Under the pieces are notes generated by a model. It was given only the letters and a program-made list of their open reading frames with translations, searched no databases and was not told the origin of the DNA. A program made the position numbers and the translations under genes. DNA of 64,000 nt from Eukaryota sp. GEM-RC1 (Eukaryota), in contig JAUFOQ010000004.1 in NCBI GenBank assembly GCA_040285855.1, positions 434,001 to 498,000 on the forward strand, in the 5' to 3' direction. Position 1 is the stretch's first letter, and the number at the start of each line of letters is the position of its first letter. This document shows, piece by piece, positions 50,782 to 61,814 of the stretch.

Positions 50782-51621
50782 CAGTCTACCCTCCCATTAG
50801 TACAAGCTTTTGGGCAGACCTTAATGGGAGGTTTTGATTGTACAGACATGAACAGCAGACGACAGCTTTTTATGATAAATAAACCAACAAACTATGACTA
50901 TTGTGCACCATTTGGTGATGAATTGAAGATGGCACGGATGTACCACCACGGGTAATCGTCGTCCAAATTTAAGTGGTGGGATTGAGGAAAAATATTGCTG
51001 AACACTCAATCATCAGCAAATACCAATAATCTCTCAGATATCTGCTAAACGGATGGATGAGAGAAGGAGAGAACTAGTGCTAACGGAGAGGGCGATATAA
51101 GAGCGAGAAAGGTCAAGAATGGACCTGAAAGCACCAATATAGGAAAGGAGAAAGGCGACAACTTCAAATCCAGCAGTTACAGGCATCAGCAGGGAAGATG
51201 TTCATAAGAAGGTCTTCCATTTCAAGACCTTCAACAAGGGACAACTTTACAACCCTGTCAAGGAGCTCCTCTTCTTCTTCATGGATCAGTACATCCTCTT
51301 CTTCGTCGAGGCATTCGTCATGATCAAAGACCAGAGAACTAATGGGATGAAGTCCTATAGATCTGGTATTCACAACAAATCACCGAAGTAACGGATCTAG
51401 AGGCTTGTAACTGTTTAACTGGTTGAAAGGGTCATGAAAAGAAGGTATGTAATGATGTGATATGAAAAATAGAAGAACGAAAAAGTTTATGTTAAGAACT
51501 GTAGTGCAATGGCAAGGGCACGGGAATCAAAAAGGACACGACAAAAAGTGGGCAGTGAAAATTTTACCTTAATGGGAGGGAAACCTTAATGGGAGGGTGA
51601 CCTTAATGAGAGGGTAGACTG
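50782..51621. mobile_element. Non-autonomous Tc1/mariner element, 840 bp, copy 2
   Basis: Same TIRs and TA flanks as 8836-9692; lacks one 17-bp subterminal unit and shows only a few substitutions. Confidence 0.92.
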
Positions 51622-51639
51622 TAGAAGCACATTTTCAAA

Positions 51640-51920
51640 ACCATCTGTAAGTTGTTGCGAAACTCAATCAAAATTTGTAATTGTTCCATCTGCTATTTCT
51701 ATTTTTGGTAGTATAGGTGAAATGGCTTCTCAGTTCTTAACTGATTTTGGATCTATGTATAAGTCTCAGAATAAGAGATTCAACTTACCAATTTGGCATA
51801 GGCGTTTGATTTTTTCTTTGTTCGGATCAATACCTAAGTTTTTTAGGTCAATTATCACAAAGTTGTATAAGAACTGTAGTACTGTTGACTAGGTATTTCC
51901 TGTGTCTGGTGTTTCATAGC
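51640..51920 (+). pseudogene. CRE-like retrotransposon 3' fragment
   Basis: IVPSAISIFGSIGEMASQFLTDFG...IWHRRLIFSLF...KLYK. Confidence 0.7.
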
Positions 51921-51970
51921 TTTTATTATGATATGTATTTTTGTGCCTTCTTGGGGAATTTTTTTCAACA

Positions 51971-52216
51971 ATGGATTCCAAGACTTCTCAATTCCTTGAG
52001 ATTTGCCCCGAAGCGTCTCCATCAGATGCTCAGCGTTTACTAGAAGTATCTAATGGTGACCTTCAACAAGCTATCCTTCTGTTTTTTGAATCAGGGCCTC
52101 AATTATCTGCTATATCAATCGTGTACTTGGTTTCTGAAATGGAATCATACAGGAAGAAAATTCGGTTTATGAGAATCCCAAAACATGTACTAGTACATGG
52201 TTTTGCGAAACCTTAG
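51971..52216 (+). pseudogene. Isolated UBA-like domain (UBXN7/FAF1/p47 N-terminal type); probable truncated gene copy
   Basis: SQFLEICPEASPSDAQRLLEVSNGDLQQAILLFFE followed by an unrelated-looking tail. Confidence 0.55.
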
Positions 52217-52538
52217 CAACTTACAAAAACTATATATTTTTCAGAATACTAAAACGGAGCGAAGACCACTGTTTTCAAGGCTTAGAGACAGATGGAGATT
52301 GAGGTGTGCGTTTTGACACAGATACAGAAACAAACGCAGAACTAGTAAACTGGAGTCCCCGTTCTCATTCAGTCACAAACGATAATTGTTTTCACTGGTT
52401 TCAGATTTACTTTACTAAACTCAATGGTAGACTTAATCAGGTCTACCATAACTATTCACGTCGTACAAATTTCTGTTACACAGCTAATGTGTACTTGGTA
52501 AAAAAATAAAAAGCATTCTGATGTTCTACCAAAAAAAG

Positions 52539-55500
52539 CTATAGAACATGATGATACTTTGACTGAGGCACAATTGGTGAATTCTTTGGCAGTGGAATTG
52601 GGTAGGTAACACCATGCAATTGAGGTAGGAAAGCCATTGGTAGGAGTGCAACAGGTTTGTAGCTATCATCCTTCTTCTTGTACTTAGGAGAAGCACAGCA
52701 GCAACCAGTACAAATAGCAACAAATGAAAAGATGCATGTTAGTATACAACCTAATGCATACAAACCCCATCCATCAACAAAGTTAGTACATAGAGAAGAA
52801 GAAAAAACATTGACAGCAGGATCATAGACTGAACAAGCGGCAAGTTCTTGGTATAATGAGTAAACAAAAGCTCGAAGGCGATCAACTACCAAGATGGTTA
52901 AATCTTCAACGTGTTCTCGTGGTCCTTCACGAAGAGAATTAACTGAAATTGAATAGTTTTCCATTAATTCAAAGGATGAATCAAGTTGGTCAAAGTAATA
53001 CTCATCGAGAGCAAAGTCAAAAACTTGATTATACCCTATATCGATTGGTTTGGCACCTTCTTCACAGAAAAGATAGTATTCGGCAACTGATGACGTGTTG
53101 ATTACCAAAGAAGGAGCATCAGGGAGAACAGTGTAATTGAGTTTTGATGAGGGAATATATTCCATTAACAATCCGTCATTCCAAGCTGAGCAAGCATCAC
53201 CAAATCCAACTGACATTACAGTGAAGGGAATAGCGGTTAAAGCAAGAAGCATTGCTCCCGTAATCATACAAATGTTGAACATAGAGAAGCAACAGTTGAA
53301 CTTACATACAGTTATTGACAAAATACCAATGATAATTCCAACAATGATAAAGACAAAAGGAAGCGTCATTAATGCAACTCTCGTGTAATCCCCTTGTTTA
53401 ACTATTTCTTGCCACAAAGTAATGTTACCAGTCTTAATACGATCCCAGAAACCAGCTGATTGATCAATAAGTTCATCTCCAGTATCTAAGTAGTCGTTAG
53501 CTAAATCAAAGTATTCATTGACAAATGTCCATCCATCAACGTAATACTCGTTGATTTGATCTCTAAATCCATTAAGGGTACTTTCAGGGTCATCTCCAAG
53601 CATTGATTGGAGCTCATCAACTTGATCGAGGGCATCTAGAATTGACTCAACATCAGGCAAGTCATTAGCTAAATCATCAATCTCAGAGATGTCACTTTCC
53701 ATTTCCGTTTGGGTAGGTAAATCATCAAGAGAGTCAGCAAACGTATCAATATCTTGAATTAAAGAGTCGATGTCAAAGATATCTTCAATTTCATCGGCTA
53801 AATCAACAATCTTTTGACTCAAATCACTCATATCAGGACGGTTATCAATAGCTGTAATAGCATCATCAACTTTAGTAATAACATCGTCCAAGTCAAGACT
53901 ATTAATAGAAGTAGCAATGTCACTTAGAGAATTCTTTTGGTCACCAACATCAACATCGTTCAAACTATCTTGAACCTTGACTAGGTCAGAGTTAGCTTGG
54001 TTAAGGTCTGGAACTTTTTCCAAGTCAGTGAGGGCGGAATCAGCATCAGTAGCAAGATCAGAGATATACTGCTCGTTAATTTGGTCAAATCCATCAATAG
54101 CGTCAGCAATAGCATGACAATAAGCTGCATTGTCATCACATGAAGTAGAACAATGAACATAACAAGTACCATCGCTGTAACAATAAGTGAAGCAAGAAGT
54201 CACACAAGACTCTAAATGGGCTCTACAAGTACTATAACTAGCAGACCAAGGAGTCTGGAAATCACCAATCTTATCAAAATCATCAGAAGTAGTATCAACT
54301 GAAGGCCAAGTTGTACTTTCTAAGTTACCTAATTCTTCAATAGCATCAAGTATTAATTGACGGTCAATATCGTCAACACTAGTTCTAAGAGATTGAAGAT
54401 CAGTAATGACTGCACTAATGTCAGGAGCAGAATTAAGATCAGAGTGTAATTGATCAATATCTAGAAGAAGTTCATCGAAATCAGGAAGGTTGTTAAGTTT
54501 GTCAATAATACCAAGAATTTTTTGGTCAACGTCATCTAAATCGGGTAAATCATCGACTTTTACTCCAATTTCTTCAATATCGTCAGCAAGATCCATCAAA
54601 TCAGGAAGAGATTCAATAGAATCGACAATGTTATCCAAATCAGTAAAAATGTGAGTAAAGTCTGGCTTCTCGGTATCTAAATCCTCAATTTGAGTTATGG
54701 TATCATTAAGAGAATCTAAAAGATCTCCATCAAAATGCTCAATAGTGGAGTTGAACATGACTGGAATGTCAGAAATCATTGGGGGAAGATCAATAATATC
54801 ACGGTCAACTTCTTGAATCATCAAGACAAAATCAGCAAGGCAATCAAGCATGTCAACAACGTGATTGATTCTTCTCGAGGCATTAATAATACCATCAAAG
54901 TCGGGCATACGGTCAAAAACAGTATCTAACTTAGATAATTCCATTCTAAACACAGATTCAGGTCCACAATCAGGTAAATTGAGGAGGGAAACGTTCAAAT
55001 CACGTACCATTTGAGCTAGAATAGTCATATTAGGAAGTAAGTCGATATCAAATTTAATGTCATCTACTCGAGTCCGAAGACCTTCCAAATCAGGAGCAGT
55101 TCCCAGAGTTTGATTGGTACTTTGGATTCCTGATTTTAGACTGGGAATGAGGTTCTTTAATTCAGTCATGACGTCACCCATTGTGGTCAAATTGCCAGTG
55201 ATTGAGTCGATAAAGGTAGGAGAGATGATATCAAGCACATCATTGATTGCAATCAAATCATTTTTGATTGCGCTAAAATCAGGGAGATTTGAAGCTTCTA
55301 AAAGTCCTCCGAGAGTATTAACATCAGACTCGACTTCAGTAGGATCTTTCCAATCATTTACACCAGTATTAATAGTATCCAAATGAGAAATGAGGGCAGT
55401 ACGTTGAGATTGATAAGTTTGCCACGTGTACCTCAAGTGCCACCGCATTGCAGCAGAGGTTCCAGTAATAACAACAATACTATCAGAATAATGTCCAAGA

Positions 55501-56814
55501 GCTTCAACTAGACCAACGTGACTGGTGTCCTCGTCAGATGCCAGCAAGGCAGTCACATCACCAACAAACTCAGCAGAAGAGCTCAAACTACCATCAGGAC
55601 CAGCAAGGTTTTCTAAAAGAGGAGTTAAGGTGTTAGATGAGTCAATAATCTTAGTAAGAGCGTCAATTAATCCATCTTCTCCTTCGAGGTCAGGAATCTT
55701 AATCAGCTCATCATTAACAGAGACAACGACAGTCTTCAATGAAGAAACGTCACCGCGAACATTGATAGCAAACACTTCAGTATCATCAACAACGTCCTTC
55801 AACTCCATAAGTTTCTCAAAAGTAATTTCTTCTAGAGCTTGATTAGTTTGAAGAACGTACAATCGAAGATCCGAAAGATAACCTTCCACGTCAGCTTTCA
55901 CATCATAAACCTTAGCAATTTCAGCATAAAGAACATCCGTATCAGGAAGATTCTCTTTGATTAAGTTCACTTTAGACACTTCTGTTATTAAAAACGAAGC
56001 ATTTGGTAGTAACAACACATTTTCAGCAATACAGTTAAATCCATCGAGAACTCTGTCAGTGGCAGGTAGAAGTTCCCAGATAGTGATATTAAACTGAGAC
56101 GCAATGTCCAAAGCTTCACGAGCTACCTCAACACCTTCTTTTGAGACTGAAGCAGTGACTTCAACAAGAGAGTCGAGAGATGAAGGTGACTTGGCAACTT
56201 TCATTACACCTTCATGTTGGATCATGTTACCAGAGTAGGCACAAATGAAGGCAAAGAAGATGAGGAGGATGAATGAGAAGAAGAGACCACGCCAGAAGAT
56301 GGAAGCGTCGTGCTTGATCTTCTTTTGGGAGAGCAACAACAACGGCAGCCACAACAGAAGCAACAGGTGGTGACTTTAAGAAGGTAGAAGACGATGTAGC
56401 CCACGAACCATAGATAGAAGAACACGAAGAGGGAAACAGTGACTACGGCAGTAGAGGCAACACCGGACAAGTAGAGGAAATCGGGGGTAGAGTCGTCATT
56501 GAGGGGATGAAAGCCAGCTTCGGTTGTTTGAGGGTCCCAGACAAAACGGAAATCCGCAATAGCATCGGGGTCAAAGAACGCACGTCGTGGAATGGAACGG
56601 ATGGTATGGACAAATGCTCCACCCATAGAACCGAACAGACGAAGTGAGGGGAAGCTAAGATTGTAGTCGATGATGTCAAGGATCTCCTGGGGAGGAGGAG
56701 GTACCGGATCGTCGATATCATCAAAGTTGAAATCGATGTTGGCTGCAATGAGCCACACATGCACATACCGAAAGCAACAGCAATCAATACACAAAACACA
56801 AACATGGAGTCCAT
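52539..56814 (-). CDS. Giant five-TM prominin/Tweety-like surface protein, paralogue 2 (26-nt intron 56743-56768; frameshift at ~56325)
   Basis: Colinear with and highly similar to 30722-34941, with the same intron position. Confidence 0.8.
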
Positions 56815-56929
56815 GATTGCAAGGTCCAGGTTTATTTTTGAATGGATTTGGTCTGATTGACTACCACTACATGAAGTAGGTGAAGTCTGATGAAAAGACG
56901 TTTTTCCCTTTGATCAATTTTGTAACGAA

Positions 56930-57420
56930 AACTTCCATTGCATCTGGTCAAGATTTACGAACACTGGAAAGCGATCTACTTGTTCGTACTACCTTCCTTT
57001 CATGCCCAATTAGTAGCACATCACTATTTAGTGTTCTGCCAGAATGAAACTATAGTAGTTATCAATCAACCTCCATCATACTCAGGATGATCTACAAGAA
57101 TATCTAGTTGGTCTTATGCTTTAAACACAAAGTAGTATTCAGAACAACAAATCCAGTTTATATGATGTCACTCTATTCCGTTTCTCAGTTTTGATGATAG
57201 AATTCACCGTAATCGGACCGTAGCACCTCTTGATGCTGATTGACTCGTAATTTAATCACGGTGTAAAGATAGTTGTTGATGCAACAGCTTAACAACACCC
57301 TCACTGCTAGAAACTATAAGAAGAAAAACTGAGAGACTATAATCCAAATGAACCCTAGATATTGTTTGCTTCCACTCACATACTCCTTGATGATACTCAC
57401 GGGCTTAATGTGCTCAAATG
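56930..57420 (-). pseudogene. Possible heavily decayed Ty1/copia integrase remnant
   Basis: Scattered motifs in the expected order: GSKQ, RVHLDY, VLRSDYGEF (cf. LRSDNGGEF), TEKRNR (cf. AERxNR) and SFW. Confidence 0.35.
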
Positions 57421-58172
57421 TATGTTAACAGCATAACTTCAACAGGTTTTCATTACATAGAAACAACCGAAAAACAGAAAAATTGATTAGTTTTCCAACG
57501 ACATTGCTGAGCTCAATCACAATTTATATTAAAAAATTGCGTTTGTTCTTTTTGATTATTCAATTTTTGGTATCGGAGAATTATATTCTCAGTTTTTAAT
57601 TGTTTTTGGGTCATTGTGTCTCAGAATTAGAGATCCAACTTGCCAATTTTTCAAAATTGTTTGATCACTTCTCTGTTAAGATCTATGCTCTATTATATCA
57701 ACTCAATTACCACTAACAGAATCACAGCTCTTATGTCAAGGGATATTTTTACAAGAGATGTGATTCTGTTGAACAAGAATTATATGTGTCTGGTGTTTTA
57801 CAGATATTACTTTACTTTTGTCCTTCTCATCTATAAACTTGTTTTTAACTTAAGAACCCCAGCTCTTTTGTTTTACTATTTACTACAACTTTTTGATGCA
57901 ATACTCTCTTCATCACCCAATGTTCAATAGCTTTTTCGACTAACAACAATAAACAATGTTAAAGTATATATATAAGACTAGGTCTCAGGTCTCAACAATT
58001 TTAATCGGGAAAGTGAAAGTTGTTCTCAATGATACATGCTAAAACTGGTTAAGAAAAAGAGGCCAAAACAAGTCTCAGAGAGACGAATTAGCCAAATCAG
58101 TGGCGCAGTATGCTTCATCTTCTTTGTAGTTAAACATTTTCTTACAAGTGACTCACTGAGTTTTGACCACTT

Positions 58173-60935
58173 ATGACTGAGTCCGTAGCTCTGATTAAAT
58201 CCTATGAAGTCCTCTCTTTCCCTTCAGAGTCAGGTCAACTAGTCACTACATGTTCCTCTAATGATGATCTCATATTCGTTTCCCTCAGTGACTCCTCTAT
58301 CTCTGTTTTTTCCACTCAAAACTTCTCTTCTCCACTACTTTCCTTCCACACACCTCACGTTCTTACTTCCAATTGCCACACTATCTGATGGAAATGTCCT
58401 AGCAGGTATTTCCTCAGGTAATTGCTACTGCTTTTGGAACATCTCCCCTTCTTCTCCAACCGTCGATCCCTTCTCAGTCATTCTAGTACCCCCAGTAACA
58501 GCTGATCCTGGTTCCTGCCTCTCTATCGCTTACCTCTCTCCTCCGTCAGATCACTGGCTTCCTGAATGCATTGTTGCGTCTTACTCTACAGGTATCATTG
58601 CTCTGTTCGCAAAGTCTCCAGAGGATAACCTTTCTCTCTCCCCACTTACTTGTTTAATAGTATTCCGACTTTCCCCTGCAATCTCTTCTAGGTCTAAACC
58701 TTCCACTTCTCATCTTTCTCTTTCTCAGCTATCAGTCCTTTGCAATTGTAATGAATCATTCATTCTATCAGGGGTTTCTAACGGCAATGGTCAGGATTTA
58801 GTGTTAATATATGAGATCTCTTCAAGGGCAAATACCACGTCTCTGGTCAACAAGAATCACGATGAACTCATGATTTGTTGGGCTCACGACGACTATGAGT
58901 TTAACTTCTTCAATCTTGCTGTCTCTTGTCTCACTTCAAGATCTTATCCTATCATTCACTCTAGCATTCTCCTCTCAACTCCTTCTTTTGAACCTACTAA
59001 AGGAGAGGATCTTTGTATTGTATTGTTAACTGATAGTACACGGCCAGAGTGTTTGTATTTGTCTAGAAGTGATTGTAGGAGCTCACGTAATCATACTGCG
59101 GTGTTACACGTGGAGATTTCGAAAAACACGCGTGTTGAGACATGCTTTTGACAGATACTTCAAGGATTTTCCCCCACTCTGTCGCTTTTCATAGTCCTGC
59201 AGCTATATATTTCTTTGTAATTCCGCCTCTTTTCGTGTCTTCATTCTTTGGGGAATCAATCATTCCGTTTTCGGAAGTTTCTCTTCCCATGGCAGTCAAA
59301 AGTCTTGCAGTTTCTCGGGGACTTTTCTTGACCGTCAAGCCAGATCCTACTTTGTTCTCTTTAATGTATGCGTCTCCTAGGAAGAGAAGAAATGAAGAGG
59401 TGGAGATTGTAACAGATGGCTTTTTATCTCATTATTTTTTAATTAAAAATGACACGAGATGTTTGATGAGGGATTTGATTGCTACTTTAGGTAAGTCTAC
59501 CCCGTCTTTTAAAGGAAATTCAGGGTTTTTGGGGTTTATTATTAGTTTTTTGAAGGTTTTGAAATGTGATAATGTGGAGTCATCTGATCAGATTTGTAAA
59601 TTATTGGAAATTGTTACGATTCAAATTTTAAATGATTTAGATCAAGTCAAAACGCAGGTTTATGACAACTTTTGTAATTTATTAACGTATTTTTTGAGTA
59701 CGAATTCATATGATTTTTTCAAATTTTGTAAGTTGATAATGACCAACAGCAAAATTTTAAATATTTATTCTGGGTTTGTACCCAAGTTTTTGTTTGTCTA
59801 TTTAAATTTTTTCCTTCAACCTTACTCATATTTATCCTTCGACATTGGGACTAACTTCAATGTGCAAGAATTTTCAAATATCCTCAATTTTTTGGCCGAC
59901 TTTTCCCCTAATTGTTTGCCAATCTTGACACTTTTCCTCAAGAACTTTCCTCCTTTTGCACTTCCGGAAGTTAGCACTCACATTTTTGACCTAATTACCC
60001 AGAATTTTGAGCCAACATCTCTTTTAGCTCTATTGGTGTGGTATTGGCAATCGGATTCCAGTGAAATATCATCAATGTGGAATATCATTCTTAAAAAATC
60101 CAACAAATTTAAACTTTTCGACAGTTTTTGGGATATTTTAAATCCACTTCTATATTCAATTCCAGATTCCAGAGCCTTAACTTTCTCGTTCAAGACAGTC
60201 TCACTATTTCTACCCTACATGACGTCACCAGCTGACTTCTCCGGACTTCTTGATCCTTTATGGTCTCTATCACGACGTTATTCAATCAAACCGTCACTTC
60301 TGTCAAATTCTTCTTCGTCATTATGTTTGTTCAATCTATTTTGTTTTCCTCGATTAGTAACTGATGACGTGATCTTATTGACTGAGGTTTTATCCAAGTG
60401 TTTCTTATCTGAGTTTAAACCATCGTTTTTAGAGTTTGTTGCTTCAAAAGTTGAACATGGTGATGTTTTCTCAGCATCTTCGTCTTTATATCTCTGTATA
60501 TTTCCGTATATATTCGATTGTGATGAGGAGAATTATTTTACTGTATTAGAGTCTGAAAAGAATTCGACATGTGATCCGATTGTTTCCAAATTTCTAAATT
60601 TCCGCAATGAGCCAGACAATTTCGATTACTTTCAGGAGTTTTTCACTCTACTCCCGTCAGAATTTAAAATGTTCATTATTAAATTATTATCAAACTCTTT
60701 GATTTCACCAACTCTTTTGAAGAAAGTCTTTGAACTGATTCAAGAGAATTCTACAATATCATTATCAAATTGGTTGAACTTGTTTTATGAACTAAGTTGT
60801 AATAATGTATCAGAGTTTTTGTCCTTAATTCCACAATCAATACCGTTAGAGAACGTTCTTCAATTTCTTCAATTACAAGAGGTTATCTCTGTAAAAAATG
60901 AATTATCAGGACTTTTTTCAACTTTTTGTGAATAA
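58173..60935 (+). CDS. Large hypothetical protein: N-terminal beta-propeller-like region and C-terminal helical region (frameshifted pieces)
   Basis: Three overlapping same-strand ORFs; WD-like LIFVSLSDSSISVF and VLAGISSGNCYCFWN. Confidence 0.55.
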
Positions 60936-60965
60936 TTCTGTTCACAACATGTATAAATCTTTCCA

Positions 60966-61733
60966 CTATATCTGCTTCTTTACCACTGCTGGACACCCCG
61001 CAGCTAAAACACCACTAGGAATATCAGTAGTAACAACTGATCCAGCGGCAATAGTCGTTCCCCTACCAATCCTAACTCCTGGACAAATAACTGTCCTTCC
61101 TCCAATCCAGCAGTCATCCTCTATAACTACAGGCTTGGTATACTCCCGCAGAGTGTTCCTTTCCTGTGGACATAGAGGATGGTTAACTGAATAAATGTGA
61201 ACACTTGGGCCTAGCATTACGTTGTTGCCGATACAGATGAGTCCACAGTCAAGAAGAACAGTATCGTAATTAGCGTAGAAATTGTCACCAACAAAGATGT
61301 TACTGCCATAGTCACATAACAGTCTCGATTCAACGTAGAACTTCTTTCCAACGTATCCGAATATAGAACTTAAATCTCGGTCTAATGAATCAACGTGGTT
61401 GTTGAAGATCTGTAGCTTTCGTTTCATTGACTTTCTTTCGTGACAAAGGAGGTCACAAAGAGGATTGTACATAGTTTGAGGTTGCAGAGATTTAATCAGT
61501 TCATCATAGTCTTCTATCCCAAATGTTGTTGGTGCAGATTCTAGTTGCGTTCGAACAACAGACATCAGATCAGATACATTGTCAAGAATTGAGTCAGATG
61601 ATCGATCACTCAGGTATGTACATAAAGAGAAACATCGAATTAGAGAGCAATAAGCGGCTTCAAAGGATTTAGAATCGATAAGCGACATTGCATCATTGAG
61701 AAGTTTTTGAGATGCATGGTGAAGAGTGGACAT
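60966..61733 (-). CDS. Maltose/galactoside O-acetyltransferase-like hexapeptide-repeat enzyme with an N-terminal helical extension
   Basis: CDYGSNIFVGDNFYAN, IGNNVMLGPSVHIY, KPVVIEDDCWIGG, GSVVTTDIP and AAGCPA. Confidence 0.9.
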   Translation of the reverse strand: MSTLHHASQKLLNDAMSLIDSKSFEAAYCSLIRCFSLCTYLSDRSSDSILDNVSDLMSVVRTQLESAPTTFGIEDYDELIKSLQPQTMYNPLCDLLCHERKSMKRKLQIFNNHVDSLDRDLSSIFGYVGKKFYVESRLLCDYGSNIFVGDNFYANYDTVLLDCGLICIGNNVMLGPSVHIYSVNHPLCPQERNTLREYTKPVVIEDDCWIGGRTVICPGVRIGRGTTIAAGSVVTTDIPSGVLAAGCPAVVKKQI

Positions 61734-61814
61734 TCAAAAAATTGCTACTACTAGTAGTAGTCTAGGTGGTATTGTTTTATTTGTCTTACCCTTTTGGAAA
61801 AGTACTCTTGTGAC

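Noticed and set aside
30722..56814. A diversity-generating retroelement as the source of tip variation
   Set aside because: No reverse transcriptase or template repeat in the window, and the differences include indels and non-adenine changes.
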